48,136 nt of DNA from Lama guanicoe (lineage: Eukaryota), in NCBI GenBank assembly GCA_013239625.1, contig MU053917.1, forward strand, positions 144,170-192,305, written 5' to 3'. Within the stretch, counting starts at the first letter, position 1. Each line of letters starts with the position of its first letter. The notes beneath the pieces are model-generated. The model did not search any database and had not been told where the DNA came from. It saw only the letters and a list, made by a program, of their open reading frames with translations. Shown one piece after another: positions 12,367 through 25,000 of the stretch. The translations under genes and the position numbers were made by a program.

Positions 12367-14340
12367 CCATGAGCTCACCTTGCCACAGACGAGTGGCATG
12401 TGAACCACAGTGAACTGCAGCTGACTGCTAGACGACCATAAGATAAAGACTGGAACCTGGCAAGAAAGATCTTCAACTGGAAACATAAAGAGGGAAGGAC
12501 AGCAAGACGGTAGAAGGGGCGTGCTCGCATATAATTGGGCCCCATAACTCCCCAGACCGAAGAGTAAGTCACAAAGGCCCTCCCACAGGAGTGAGGGTTC
12601 TAAGCCCCATGTGAGGCTCCCCAGCCTGGGGTTCTGGCATTGGGAAGAAGAAGAGACCACAGGACATCTGGTTTTGAAAGCCAACAGGGCTTAGCTCTAG
12701 GAGCCCCACTGGACTGGGGGAAACAGAGACTTCATTCTCCTGGGAAGCATACGCAGAATGTTGCATGTGCCAAGTTCAAGGGCAGAGGCAGTGATTTCAT
12801 GGGAACCTGGGTGACACCTGCCTGCTGGTTTTGCAAGGTCTCCTTGGGACATGCGGCATGGGTGCGGCTCACCCCGGGGCTAGAACAGCTGGTGGCTGAC
12901 ACTGGGGGAGTGTTCATTTACATGAGGTTTCCTGGAGGCTGCCATCTTGATTGGATCATCAGCACCAAGACCCAGGCCCACCCAGCAGCCTGTAGGCTTA
13001 AGTGCTGGGAAGCCTCAGGCCACATAGCACCCTGGGTGTGAACACAGCCCCACCCATCAGCAGACTTCCTGAGCCAAAAAGACCTCTAGACAGGGCGCTA
13101 CCCAGCAGAGGCCCAGGAGCAAGCTTCCTCCAGCAGTGGGCAGGCACTGACTTCTCCTGCCAGGAAACCTGCAGCCTCATGCACCAGGGAGCAGCTACCA
13201 GAAAAAAGAAAACTGCAATCCCAAAGCCTGTGGAAGGAGCCCGCAAACACAGGCCAGAGTCCACACTGGGACCGGCTGGACCCTGGCCCTCAGGTGACAA
13301 GAGAGGAGCGTACTGCTGGGACACACAGGATGTCTGCCAGAGGGGACCACTTCTTCAAGGTTGAGAAACATAACTAACCTACCTAAAAATACAGATAGAA
13401 AGAATGAGGTGGCAGAGGAATATCTCCCAGGCCAAGGCACAAGGTGATCCCAGAAGAGGAAATAAGTGATGAGTTAGACAGTTTATCTGAGAAAGAGTTT
13501 AAAGTAATGATGGCAAAGGTGCTGAGGGAACTCAAGAGGCGTATAGGTGCATAGAGCGAAGTTTTTAGCAGAGTTGGAAAACACAAACCCAGATGGAGTT
13601 GAAGAATAAAATCGCTGAAATGAATAACACACTGGAAGGAACCAAGAATACACAGAGTCACAGAGTGAAGCAGAACGGATCAGTGAGCTAGAAGACAGAT
13701 TAGTGGAAATCACTACTGCAGAACAAAACAAAGAAAAGAATGAAAAATATTAGAATATTTTAAGAGAACTCTGGGGCACCATGGAGTGCACTAGCATTGG
13801 CATTACAGTGGTCCCAGAAAGAGAAGAGAGAGAAAGGACCTGAAAAAATTTTTGGAGAGATAATGACCGAGAACTTCCCCAGCTTGGGAAAGGAGACAGT
13901 CACCCAAGTGCAGAAAGCACAGAGTTGCACACAGGATCAGCCCAAAGAGGAACACACCAAGGAATAGAATAAGTAATCAAATTGACAAAAATTAAAGATA
14001 AGGAGAAAATATTAAAATCAACAAGAGAAAAGCAACAAATAACATACAAGGGAACTCCCATAAGGTTATCAGCTGATTTTTCAACAAACTCTATATATAG
14101 GCCAGAAGGGACTGGCACGATATATTTAAAGTGATGAAAGGGGAATCTTACAACCAAGAACACTCTATCCAGCAAGGCTCTTGTTCAGACTTGATGGAGA
14201 AATCAAAAGCTTCACAGATAAACAAAAGCTAAAAGATGTCAGCACCACCAAACCAGCTTTACAACAAAGATTAAGCAAACTTCACTAGTCATCAAATCAT
14301 TAGAAAAGAAAACAAAAAGAAGAAATGGGAAAAAAAACCT
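12367..14340 (+). mobile_element. LINE-1 5' UTR plus decayed ORF1
   Basis: GC-rich 5' UTR followed by purine-rich ORF1-like sequence from about 13404, e.g. gagaaaatattaaaatcaacaagagaaaagcaacaaataacatacaagggaactcccataaggttatcagctgatttttc. Confidence 0.9.
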
Positions 14341-14344
14341 GGCA

Positions 14345-14880
14345 AAAGATTACTTTGGCAGTTTGGGTTCTTTCATAGTTCTATATAAATTCTGGAATTG
14401 TTTGTTCCAGTTCTGTGAAAAATGTGAGTAATTTGATGGGGTTTGCATTGGATTTGTGGATTGCTTTGGGTAGTGGGGCCATTTTGGTAATGTTGATTCT
14501 TCCAATCCAAGAGCACAAGATATCTTTCATTTCTTTGTATCATCTTCAGTTTCCTCCATCAGTGTTTTACAGTTTTCAGAGTATGGGTAAACTTCCTTGG
14601 TTAGATTTATTTCTAGGTATTTTGTTGTTTTTAATGCAATGGAAGTGTTTATGCCAGTTAAAAAATTCTGGTTTTTGAAGTGGAAAAAAAAAAAGTGAAT
14701 GAAAGGCCGCAAATAGCAAAATATCCTTCCTTCTTATGAGTGACGTGCATTCCATTACGTATCTATGGTGCGTCGTCTTTATCCATTCACCTGTTGATGT
14801 GCATTTGGATGCTTTCATGTCTTGGCAGTCGTAATTAGTGTTGCTGTTAATAACAGGGTGTATGTATACTTTTGAATTAA
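14345..14880 (-). mobile_element. Short antisense L1 ORF2 and 3' fragments
   Basis: Minus-strand peptides KYLEINLTKEV...ENCKTLMEE and KCTSTGEWIK. Confidence 0.8.
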
Positions 14881-14999
14881 TTCTTATTCTGTGGTTGCTT
14901 TATTCCTTTAATAACTCTGTAAGTTTAAAAAGCTAAAGCTCTAAACGTTCTTAGAGACTGAACAGTGCACGTATGTACGTTTAAAAATATGTGAAGTAC

Positions 15000-16555
15000 A
15001 AATAGCTGATAGGCTTATGAGGGATTTCCTTTTATGTGAGGCTTTTCTTTTTTCTCGCTGCCTTTAGAATTCTGTCATCTTCTTTAAATTTCCCTTTTGA
15101 TGCTGTGACTGATGTGGTGCTGTTTGAGCTGATCCCGTTAGGGACTGTCTGTGATTCCTGCGCCTGGACATCTCTTTCCATTTTTCAGATTAGGCACGTT
15201 TTCAGCCACGCTTTTGTCTAAGGGTTGCTCACCCTTTCTGTCCCTTCAGGGACCCCCGTAACGTGAGTGCTAGTGTGCTTGGTGCTGTCTCAGAAGCCCC
15301 TTAAACTCCTGTAACGGGCTTTTTCTCCTTGCTTTTCTGATTGGGTGTTTTTCATTCTGTCTTCCACATTGCTGGTGGATCATCTGTATTGCCTGATCTT
15401 CTGTATTCCCTACACTTCTGCTCCGACTGGTTCTTTTTTCTATTTTCTGGTTCTGTTTTTACAGTTCTTCCTGTGTTCATCTGTTCGTTTTCCCAGTTCA
15501 GCTGTCATTCTTAATACTGCTGCTTTGACCTCTTCGTCTTGTAAATTATCTATGTCTTTTCATTATGGTTATTTCCGTTTAACACGTGTTCTTGTGTCTT
15601 CTCATTTTGAGTTTCTACAGCTCTGTGAAATTAGGTGAAACAGTTACAGTCCCAGAATGAAAGGTGTCCTTGTGTGAGAGCACTCCTGTGCAGTCTTCTG
15701 TGCCCAGCGGGTTTGTCGGGAAGAGCTGAACCTGAAGTGATCCTGGGGTGCCCTCTTCCCCCGGGACGTGCTGGCAGCCACTGCAGTGGGGCGGCAGGGC
15801 TGGAGTCACATGGACTGGAGCCAGTTCCAGGTTGAAGCAGGGGCTTCTCCTCTGCTCAGTGACTGTTCCAGCCCTATCAGGGGTGGCACGGGGTCCCGTG
15901 GGGCTGGAGCAGGATCTCTGTGGGAGTGGGGTTCTCCTGGGTGTGGTGGCAGTGTCCGCTTTGGTTTGGGATGTGGCTGAGGCCTGAGGGCTTGCAGCGG
16001 CCCTTCTGCACTGGTTTTACCTTTTCCCCAGTGTGCACACCTTGGCTAGAGGGTGGGTCGGGGCCAGAGAGATTGGGGCCGCAGCCCTGAGCTGGCCCCA
16101 CCCCGTCAGGTGTGCATAGGAAAGTGAGTTCTGGGTATGGCAGGCCCTGCCCTGGTGCTGGTGCTGGTGCTGTCCCCTGCAGAGTGTGCACGGGGACACT
16201 AGCTGGCTGTGACTGCCGGCCATCTTTTCAGAGGCAGGGCCACTCCCAGGCCAGCGCCACTTTCTCCCACGGTATGCACGCTCACCGGCAGTGGAAGCCT
16301 CCGCCTGAGGGCGGAGCAGCACCAGAACGCGGAAGGCGGGAGCAGGAGCCTGGGGGAGTCCGGGGGCCCGCCTGAGCCACCCCTGCCAGCTGGCCGGAGC
16401 CCCAGGCAGCGTTCAGCCTGCTGTGTCCCTGCCGTGGTGGGGAGCCTGCGAGTCTGCACTGGCTCTTCAAGAGCAGACGCTGGGTTCCTTACAGCGCCCC
16501 AGCAAGCCCGGTGCTTTTCACCCCAGCTGAGGGGCTCCTCGTCCCAGCGCTGAAC
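15000..16555 (-). mobile_element. Older L1 ORF1 plus GC-rich 5' UTR (continuation of 11711-12366)
   Basis: Antisense ORF1 wording (gctgataggcttatgagggatttcc...gctgcctttagaattc) grading into a GC/CpG-rich 5' UTR-like region. The right boundary is approximate. Confidence 0.7.
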
Positions 16556-18124
16556 CCCGTGCCTGGCGTGCCTGATGCGTGGTTCAGACCATGACATGAG
16601 GCACGGTGGTTGTCAGGGCCGGAGCAGCGTTGGGACCTCATGCTGTCTGAGCACGGATGCCCACAGCTCCTGGTGTGTGTGGCTGCTGGAGGACCCTGTG
16701 GGGAGCGGCTGTAAGTCTGTTTCGCACAGACAGTTGGGGCTCGTCATGATCATTCCTCACAAAGATGGTATAAGGCCAGATATGCCGTGTCACTTTCCAG
16801 GGGCTTGAATATTATAATGTGTGATGTGCCCCAGCTGCCTAGTGTGAGCAGCATGACTGTAGGTGCTCCGGGTCCAGGAATGCAAACTCCAGTGATGCTC
16901 TTGGGAACCAAAGGAGCAGGTCCTAAAGGGGTCTGCTTATCGTAAATACTCCTACACGTGTCAGTCATAGGGAAACGCCAGATTAAGAGATGAATGCTGC
17001 CTGAGTTTATATTGAATTATTAGAGAATGTAATGAACCTGTAAGATTCTGGATCAAAATTAGTGCAGTGACAAGTGGAAGTGATCCAGGTAGTACATACA
17101 GTAAGAAATAAAGTCCTGAATTTAATCATCTTGTCTGATTTTCTCAGTGGGTAATAAATGATTAGGGTTTTGACTGATCTTTTTATTAAACTATAGAATG
17201 TGATCGTTTGTGAAGTGTGAAAGTCTAAGGATATTTGTAGCAAGGTTAGCATTGTGATGACATAGTTTTGGAGGCTAATCATCCTTAGGAAAGATGAACT
17301 TGGCTGGCTGTGTGTACTGGGGGAAGAAGACAAGTTGCTGATGCAAGCGGAGGCACTAACAGAGGAAGGTTAGTGGAAAAGTGAAGGCTAGTGTCACTCA
17401 GTTGATTCAGGAAGAATGAGCTGATAAGGCTGGTTAACAGGCTGTAAGATGTAGTATTTATTCAGAAGATATGTTTTTTGATAGCTGTGTTAATTGTATT
17501 ATATAACGTTTGTGATAATGAGTTTTAGCCTTGAAGAAGGTTAAGATTTCGTACATGATCAGTGCCGTAGGCATTGGATTCCACAGCTGTCAATGATCGT
17601 CCTGGTGCAGCCTCACAGGCGGGGAGCACCGATAAGATAGTAAGTGTTACGCCAGCTCATGTAGAGTGGGTGCTGAGCATGGTGACAGTTTCTGTAGTGA
17701 GTAATGATGATCTTCTGCAATCTAAGCATAGTAAGGAGGATGTTAAATGTGATTTACATGTTAGTATCCATGTAGGGCACTGTAAATGCAAAAATGATAG
17801 TAACAAAGACTAATGCCATTTGATTAATATGAAGTTAATTATACTTTTATGAGACAAAAGGATATTTTTATTTAAACTGATTATCGTATACATTCGTTCT
17901 AATTCTTTTTAATTCATTCATAGGCTAACCTTATGGCTCCTAGTAATGAGATTAGAGTTTGTGGGATAAAAAGTTTAGTTTTTAGGTCATTCTTTTGAAA
18001 TGCTCAGTGTAGGGGTAGGAGGGGGGCAATTTGTAGGTCAAATAATAGAAAAGTAGTGACTACTGAGTAAGTGAATGGAGAAGTGTGGGTGCGCTGACCC
18101 TACAGAGTCACATCCACATGTGTG

Positions 18125-18296
18125 NNNNNNNNNNNNNNNNNNNNNNNNNNNNNNNNNNNNNNNNNNNNNNNNNNNNNNNNNNNNNNNNNNNNNNNNNNNN
18201 NNNNNNNNNNNNNNNNNNNNNNNNNNNNNNNNNNNNNNNNNNNNNNNNNNNNNNNNNNNNNNNNNNNNNNNNNNNNNNNNNNNNNNNNNNNNNNNN
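18125..18296. other. Assembly gap (172 N)
   Basis: Run of N. Confidence 0.99.
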
Positions 18297-18489
18297 AATG
18301 CTCATCATAGCGTCCTATAGAACAATCACACTTTATCTACAAAACACAGTATCGGGCCGTGGATTGAAATCCAAAGTGATGAGATGTAAAGGAATTTTAG
18401 CTGGCGTAGAAAGCACAGAATGAGAGAAGTCGAGCCAGTAATTTTGTGTAGTTGGTGGAAGCTTTTAGCCGTGAAAGCTGCTGAGCCAG

Positions 18490-18955
18490 AACTCCATCTG
18501 AAACTGAATTTTGTATTCTTCTGACGCTTGCAGTAATAGAAAATGAGTTCCCAGAGGAACTGTAATGAATCAGGCTTGAAGTATTGTTTATGATTTCTTT
18601 CTGTTAGATGATGGGAACGCAAGTGAGGGAAACTTGAGAGGCTCACAGAACTGAAGTATTGAGATGGTATCATGGGAACTGTGTGTGTGGTCAGGTGATG
18701 TGTGCACATGTCTTTAGATACAAAACTCCATCTGAAACTGAATTTTGTATTCTTCTGATGCTTGCAGTAATAGAAAATAAGTTCCCAGAGGAACTGTAAT
18801 GAATCAGGCTTGAAGTATTGTTTATGATTTCTTTCTGTTAGATGATGGGAACACAAGTGAGGGAAACTTGAGAGGCTCACAGAACTGAAGTATTAAGATG
18901 GTATTATGGGAACTGTGTGTGTGGTCAGGTGATGTGTGCACATGTCTTTAGATAC
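18490..18955 (+). repeat. Tandem duplication, period 234 bp
   Basis: 18490-18721 repeats at 18724-18955 with a few transitions (gacgc/gatgc, aacgc/aacac, atcat/attat). Confidence 0.95.
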
Positions 18956-20143
18956 TCGTTTTAGGATCCATATGTATTTGCCTGTGTGTGTGTGGGGGGG
19001 TGAGAGTTTAGTCGTGGGGAGAAGCACTGTGAACTTACCCACCCTGTACTGAGAGCTGTAGGACCTCCTTCCCTGTGAAAAACGGCCCTGCTCTTGTCAC
19101 CACATCCCCACCCATGACAGCACTTCTTTGTAATGAATGTATGTAGTGTCCTGTTTGTCGTGGACCAGTGCAATGCGTCCATCATAGTTCATAAAGTTAC
19201 TTATTTAAAATACAAAAAGTACTCATATGTAGGATGGATTTTATGTTTTTTTACTCTTAATTGCTCTGGTGCCTGACTTAATGATATTAAAAGACCAATT
19301 TCCTGAGACGAAATCGACTTGCCGTTAGGAGTCAGGATCAGCGATGACCACATCCTCACTCTGTTTGTCCTGACTGAGGCATGACTTAGTGTCATTGCAA
19401 GAGGAATTACCTAAGACAAAGCCAGTGGTTTCCTCAAACCTCAGGGAGCAGGTCACAGGATGGGCTCCAGCTGGAATCCCTTTCCAAGGTCGACCCTGGT
19501 TCAAGGTCAAGTTACAGCGCTCACCACCCCTGAGACCCTTAGGTGATTCACACCCTCTCTGTCTCCTTATGTATAAAATGCATTGTCGAGAATGTTGTAT
19601 AAATGCAGTAAGTACTCCAGTTAAAGAATTTGGTCACTTGGCACATCGTGTTGCTCAGTGTGAGTCCTCAGTGCATTTTCCCTGATGTTATTTGGTAATT
19701 TACTGGGGGCCCCGACTCCTGAGGGTTGGAGGGAATTCTGGTTGACCCAGGATCCCTGAAGTCTGCTCACCCCGGATGGGACTCAGTCCCTCCAGGCCGG
19801 GGGACCCTGGGGCCAGCACAGCGCCTGAAGCCCAGCTGTGGAGCCAGGAAGGCCCACGGTGCAGTTGGAAACGCAGCTCCGCTGGGTCTGTGAGGAGTCA
19901 GGGTCAGCTTCCCACAGGGCAGGCTCTGGAGTTTCCTCCCCAAGGGGAGCCCATTCTCCTGGATGTCAGCCCTGACAGGGACAGACCTAGAGGCTGGAAC
20001 CAGCAGTCCCAAGAAGAATGGGAGGTACCAATGTTTGCAAGTATGGTGATCCCTGGGGAGCTCAGCTCCAGGGAGGCCAGAACCTCAGAGCGGGAGGGAC
20101 TGCGAGGCCAGGCTTCCTGCCTTTTCTGCCCCCTTCACTCTGG

Positions 20144-20710
20144 GCCCCTTCCCAGGGTCGGGCCACACTGGCCCAGGTCCCCACCATGCACGCTGGGCTG
20201 GCTCCCTCTTTCCTTCTTGTCTCCGCTTCCCCCTACCCGGTCCCCTCTGTCACCTCCTGTCCCTCTCTAGGACTTAATCCCCCCCTCTCTCAGTTACTCA
20301 CACACAGTCTCTCTCCCTGCCTGTGTCTTCCCCTGTCTCCCCCCAGGCCCTCAGGCCCTGTGCTCTGGTCCAGCCCTGTCCAGGGCCACAGGGCCCCACC
20401 TGTTCCAGCCCTTGCACGGTCACGGCCAAGTTGTGGCCCCGGACCTGCTCACAGTGGATGAAGTCTGGGCACAGAGGCTGCTCCCGCTGGTGTTCACTGC
20501 TGCCCCACTGTTCCCACTGCTTCCCGGGCGGCGCAGCCCCACATGCCCTGGCGGTGGCCTGGCCTGGTCCCCAGGGCCGCAGCAGGGCTGGCTGCCTCCC
20601 GCGCCTGGAAGGAGGGAGGGCCCTGCGGGCTTAAGGGGCTCCTAGGGGATTGGATTGAGGGACCACTAAGGAGCCAGATGGTTCTGCCCAACTCCTCTTC
20701 GTGAGTGGCA
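20144..20710 (-). repeat. Low-copy segment, inverted paralogue of 45220-45686; contains candidate exon 20604-20400
   Basis: Its reverse complement aligns colinearly with 45220-45686, e.g. cagcccttgcacggtcacggccaag vs cagcccttgcaccctcacggccaag. Confidence 0.85.
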
Positions 20711-22022
20711 GAGAGTCCCAAACCACTGGCTGCGCCCTGCCCGTTTCTCACTAAGAACACTGGGCAGACTGTGGGAGCTCCTGAGACTTAGGAGGGAGCT
20801 GCTGCCCTCAGTCCCCTTCAGAGTTTGCCTGGAAGTGGGGCTCCTGGGGGCTGGCAGGGTGGGGCACAGAGCCTGGATTACTGCGGGGCCCCCTCACTGG
20901 ACTCCAGCGGCCACTCCTGGCACCTCATGCCTTCCTCACTGTCAGCAGTTGGCCACTTAATGGGGACAGATAGGAGGGTCTCTCTGACCCTTGTGACTGG
21001 CAGGCCCCACGTGCTCAGTATTGACTGATTGAATGAACACAACCACACCCCCATATCTGGATACCGAATCTTTCCGCCAGCCCAGAAGGCCCCCTCGCAG
21101 TCATGACTACCCCAAGTGTTAACTTTTCTTTTGCCCCACCAGAGTACTTTGTGCCTCTTTGGACCTGGTTGTACATGAATCACCCAAGTGAACTGTAGGA
21201 GGTGTGACAATATATAGTCATTTATTATTACATGTATTTTTGGTGAGAGTAATAGGGTTGATTTTTAAGCATGTGTCGTATGTACCTAAAAGCAATGTGT
21301 CATCTGCAGGTGTATTTCAGATATGGGTGGCCATATGGGTGTGGCGCCCTGAGATGGTTTGCTTTTAAGATCTTCTCCGTCTTGTGGATGTTCTGTCTGC
21401 CTTTTGCGTGCAGTGCTGAGCGAGGGGGAGTGAAGACCTCCCGCTCTGCTTGTGCAGCTGATTCCTCTTGGTTCTGTCATTATTTGCCGTACGTGTTTTT
21501 CAGCCACTGTGCATGGGAAATGCTGGGAATTTGGAGGAGGAGGGAGCGCCCAGAAGTGGGGTCAGGGGACCTGGGTTGAGAAGGACCAGAAAGCATAAGG
21601 TCAGAAAGGTTTGCAGAGAGGACCCAGGGTTGGATGGCAGGTGGTGGGGCGTGTTCTAAAAGTGAGGTCGCCCGGAATGTTCAGGGGTGAAGGCAGGTGA
21701 TTGGTCGAGAGAGGGTGTAAAGCATCGGCGTTGCTAAGGCATCATTCAAACAGGAGAAGGCTCGGAGGAAGGAGTCTCGTCCCCTCCAACTGCTCCTGAG
21801 AGTCCGTCTGACCTGCTGTCTGTTCTCCTGATCTGTTGACCTGCTGACCTGTCTGAACCCTCCTTCCTCCCCTCAAGAGCTTGGTTGACCCTCATCCTTT
21901 CTGTGACCCCCTTCTCCTCCCAAGTGCCAAACCCCCCTTCCTGTCACACTCCCTTCTCAGTCCCATCCCCAGTTCCAACCCCACCCCTCAGGGGACCTGA
22001 GGGCCCCTGAGAGGACCAGGAC

Positions 22023-22097
22023 ATGGAGGTGCTGGAGGTCTTGAGGCTGCTCTTTGGGCCCCAGTGGCTAGGGTGTCCCACGTACCAGGACGTGAAT
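22023..22097 (+). CDS. Candidate first coding exon ([25 protein letters not shown])
   Basis: gacATGG Kozak context and AAT|gtgagt phase-0 donor, in frame with the exon at 26002. No homology evidence. Confidence 0.45.
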
Positions 22098-25000
22098 GTG
22101 AGTCAACACGGGCACCGGGGGGCTCCTCCTTTCTCCTGGGCTTTCTTCCACACTGTGGTTAAGTCTCTGCTTTCTCATGGGGTCCTTGATGGGACCTCAC
22201 CCTTTGTGAAGACCGAGGCCCTCGGGGCAGGTTCTTGGCCAGCCTGGAGCGGCCCTGGCCACCGGCGTCCGTCCTCATCAAGATCTGGGTCCTGTCAGGA
22301 TTTCTTGGACCAAACACAGTAGGGTTGACAGGAGGAAGCCTGAAATAGTTACTTTGTTGCATCAAAGAAGGGAGTGTGAATGTACTAAAAGCCGTTGAGT
22401 TGTACGCCTACAATGGGGGAATGTGTGCATTATATCTCAGTAAAGCTGTTTTTTAAAAATCTGAGAACTTCTCATTTCCTAGGAGTCATAGAGTTAGGCC
22501 GACTTCTGGAGAGCGTGTCAGGATCCTGCTTCAAGCTGCACGTTCGGGTCCAGTCCCCGTGCGGCGCGCTCTCCTGGGAGTGCGCCCTTCCCAGCGGTGC
22601 CGTGTGGCAGCCCTGGGAGCAGCGGGGTCTCAGCTCTGGGCTGGCGCTGGTTGGTTAACCAGTGACGCGGCATCTGTGCTCTGTGCTTTCTGGTCTGTTG
22701 ACTTCTAGCAAGCTTTATTTCCTTTTTTGAGGAGTGTACTCTTTCATTCAGAAATTTTAATGTAACAAAAATACTCAGTAGCCCTATGTTTTTTTAAATG
22801 TCCTTATTGAAGTACAGTCAGTTTACCATGCTGTGTCCGTCCCTGGTGTGCAGCGCAGTGCTTCGGTCACATAGGAACGTGCGGATTTCCATATTCTTTT
22901 TGACCACAAGTTACTACAGTATATTGAATATAATCCCACATGCTCCACAGCATGAGCTAGTTGTTCTTCTACTTTATCTGCATGTTAGTATCTGCAAATC
23001 TCAAACTCCGTTTTTCCCTTCCCACTCCCTTCCCCCCTGGTAACTATTAAGTTTGCTTTCTATGTGAGTCTGTTTCTGTCTTTTAATTAAGCTCTTTTGG
23101 GGTTTTTTTAGTTTTTTGTTTGTTTTTTGATTCCACATGTAAGTGATATCATATGTTATTTTTCTTTTTCTTTCTGACTGACTTCACTTAGAATGACAGC
23201 CTCCAGGTCTATTCATGTTGCTGCAAATGACATCATTTTACTGTTTTTTATGACTGAGTAGTGTTCCATTGTGTAACTATACTGCAGCTTCTTTATCCAA
23301 TCACCTGTCGGCGGACATTCAGGTGATTTCCATGTCTAGGCTGTTGTAAATAGTGCTGCTGTGACCATTGGGGTGCATGTGTCTTTGAATTAAGGTTCCC
23401 TCTGGATGTATGCCCAGGAGTGGGATTGCTGGATCAAATGATAAGTCTGTTTTTAGTCTTTTGAGGAATCTCCACACTTTTTTCCACACTGGATGCACCA
23501 AATGACATTCCCACCAACAGTGTAGGAGGTCCCTTTTTTCCACACTGTCCAGGATTTCTCCTTTGTCGACTTTTGAGTGATGCCCGTTGTGACTGGTGTG
23601 AGGTAATACTTCAGTGTAGTTTTGATTTGCATTTCTCTGATAATTAGTGATACTGAGCTTTTTTCATGTGCTTATTGGCCATTTGTATGTCTTCATTGGA
23701 GAATTGCTTGTGTAGGTCTTCTGCCCATTTTTTTTATTGGGTTGTTTGTTTTCATCTTATTCAGTTGTATGGGCTGTTTATATAGTTTGGAAATTAAGGT
23801 CTTGTCAGTTTCATCTTTTGCAAATATTTCTCCCCTTCCGTAGGTTGTCTTTTTGTTTTGCTTATGGTTTCCTTTGCAAAAGCTTCTAAGTTTAATTCGG
23901 TCCCACTTGCTTATTTGTGCTTCTGTTTCTATTGGACTTGCAGCAGCTTCTGAGTCGTCCCTTTGCTTCTCCTCTTGGAGGCTGCCCCCGGGACCCTGTG
24001 TCCAGCCAGGTTAACGGGAGCCCTGAGAGCCCAGCCGATGTGGATATCAGTGGCTGCGGCCAGCTGGGATGTTTGTAACGGGGAAGTGCCTAGGAGCGAC
24101 ATGGCCGGGGGGACGCGTTGTCGTCCTTGCTTTAGAGTGAAGTGTCCACGTGCTGAGTGTTGATTTACCCAAAGCAGACAGGGTCCTTCGTGTCCTCAGA
24201 ATTGTTCAAATACAAAGGTAATTCAGGTACATACTGTGAAAGTTTTCACTCTCTCAGAATAAAGCGCCTTCATACCTAGGAAGGAGAGAGAGAGGCTGAG
24301 AACACCCCATGGATTTAGGTGGGTTTGTTCTGATGGGCGTGCAGCAGGTTGTTAGGGACCTGGGAGAATCACGTGTCAGGAACAACCTTGGCACCGAGGC
24401 AGCATCACGCCATGGGGACCCTCCACCCAAAGCAGAGTCTGTTCTGTGTTTTCTGAGCTCGCTAAGGAGGGTGTTTCCAGGTCATCTTTGTTGGGATGTT
24501 TCCCTCAGAGGGAACAAGGCTGAGCTCTCACAAGTGAGCAAAGCCCTCTTTCCCACCACAGCTTTGAGCATTTGGATAAACTGACTTGTCCTCCACCGTT
24601 GCTCATGGACAGAACCGGAGTCCTTCGGCCCTGGTGGGTAGAGTCCAGGTAGGAGGCAGCTACTGATGTCCGCGCTCAGACAGCACCATGCATGACAGGC
24701 ATGCCCACGACAAGGGGGTTTTACCAGTTGGTGACCAGACGGTGTTTGTGTTTTTGTGCCTTTGATCTGCACGTCTGTTCTCTGTGCTGAGAGCCACTGC
24801 TCGCTCAGACAGCGGCTACGCAAAGACCGTGCGTGCTTCCCACCAGCACACATCTTACTGACCTCACCACTGAGAGCTGGCAATGGCAGTGTTACCGAGT
24901 TCAAAGGCTGCTTTCTACAGAGGTTTTATTTGCGCAAGACTGAAGCTTGGTGTCTGGATTAGTATAAATGCCATTGTGCATTTACTCCCTGCTGTAGTAC

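Noticed and set aside
1..16555. Many 60-150 aa ORFs in the first third of the window
   Set aside because: They are L1 ORF1/ORF2 fragments, their antisense shadows, or ORFs running through N gaps. They are not host genes.
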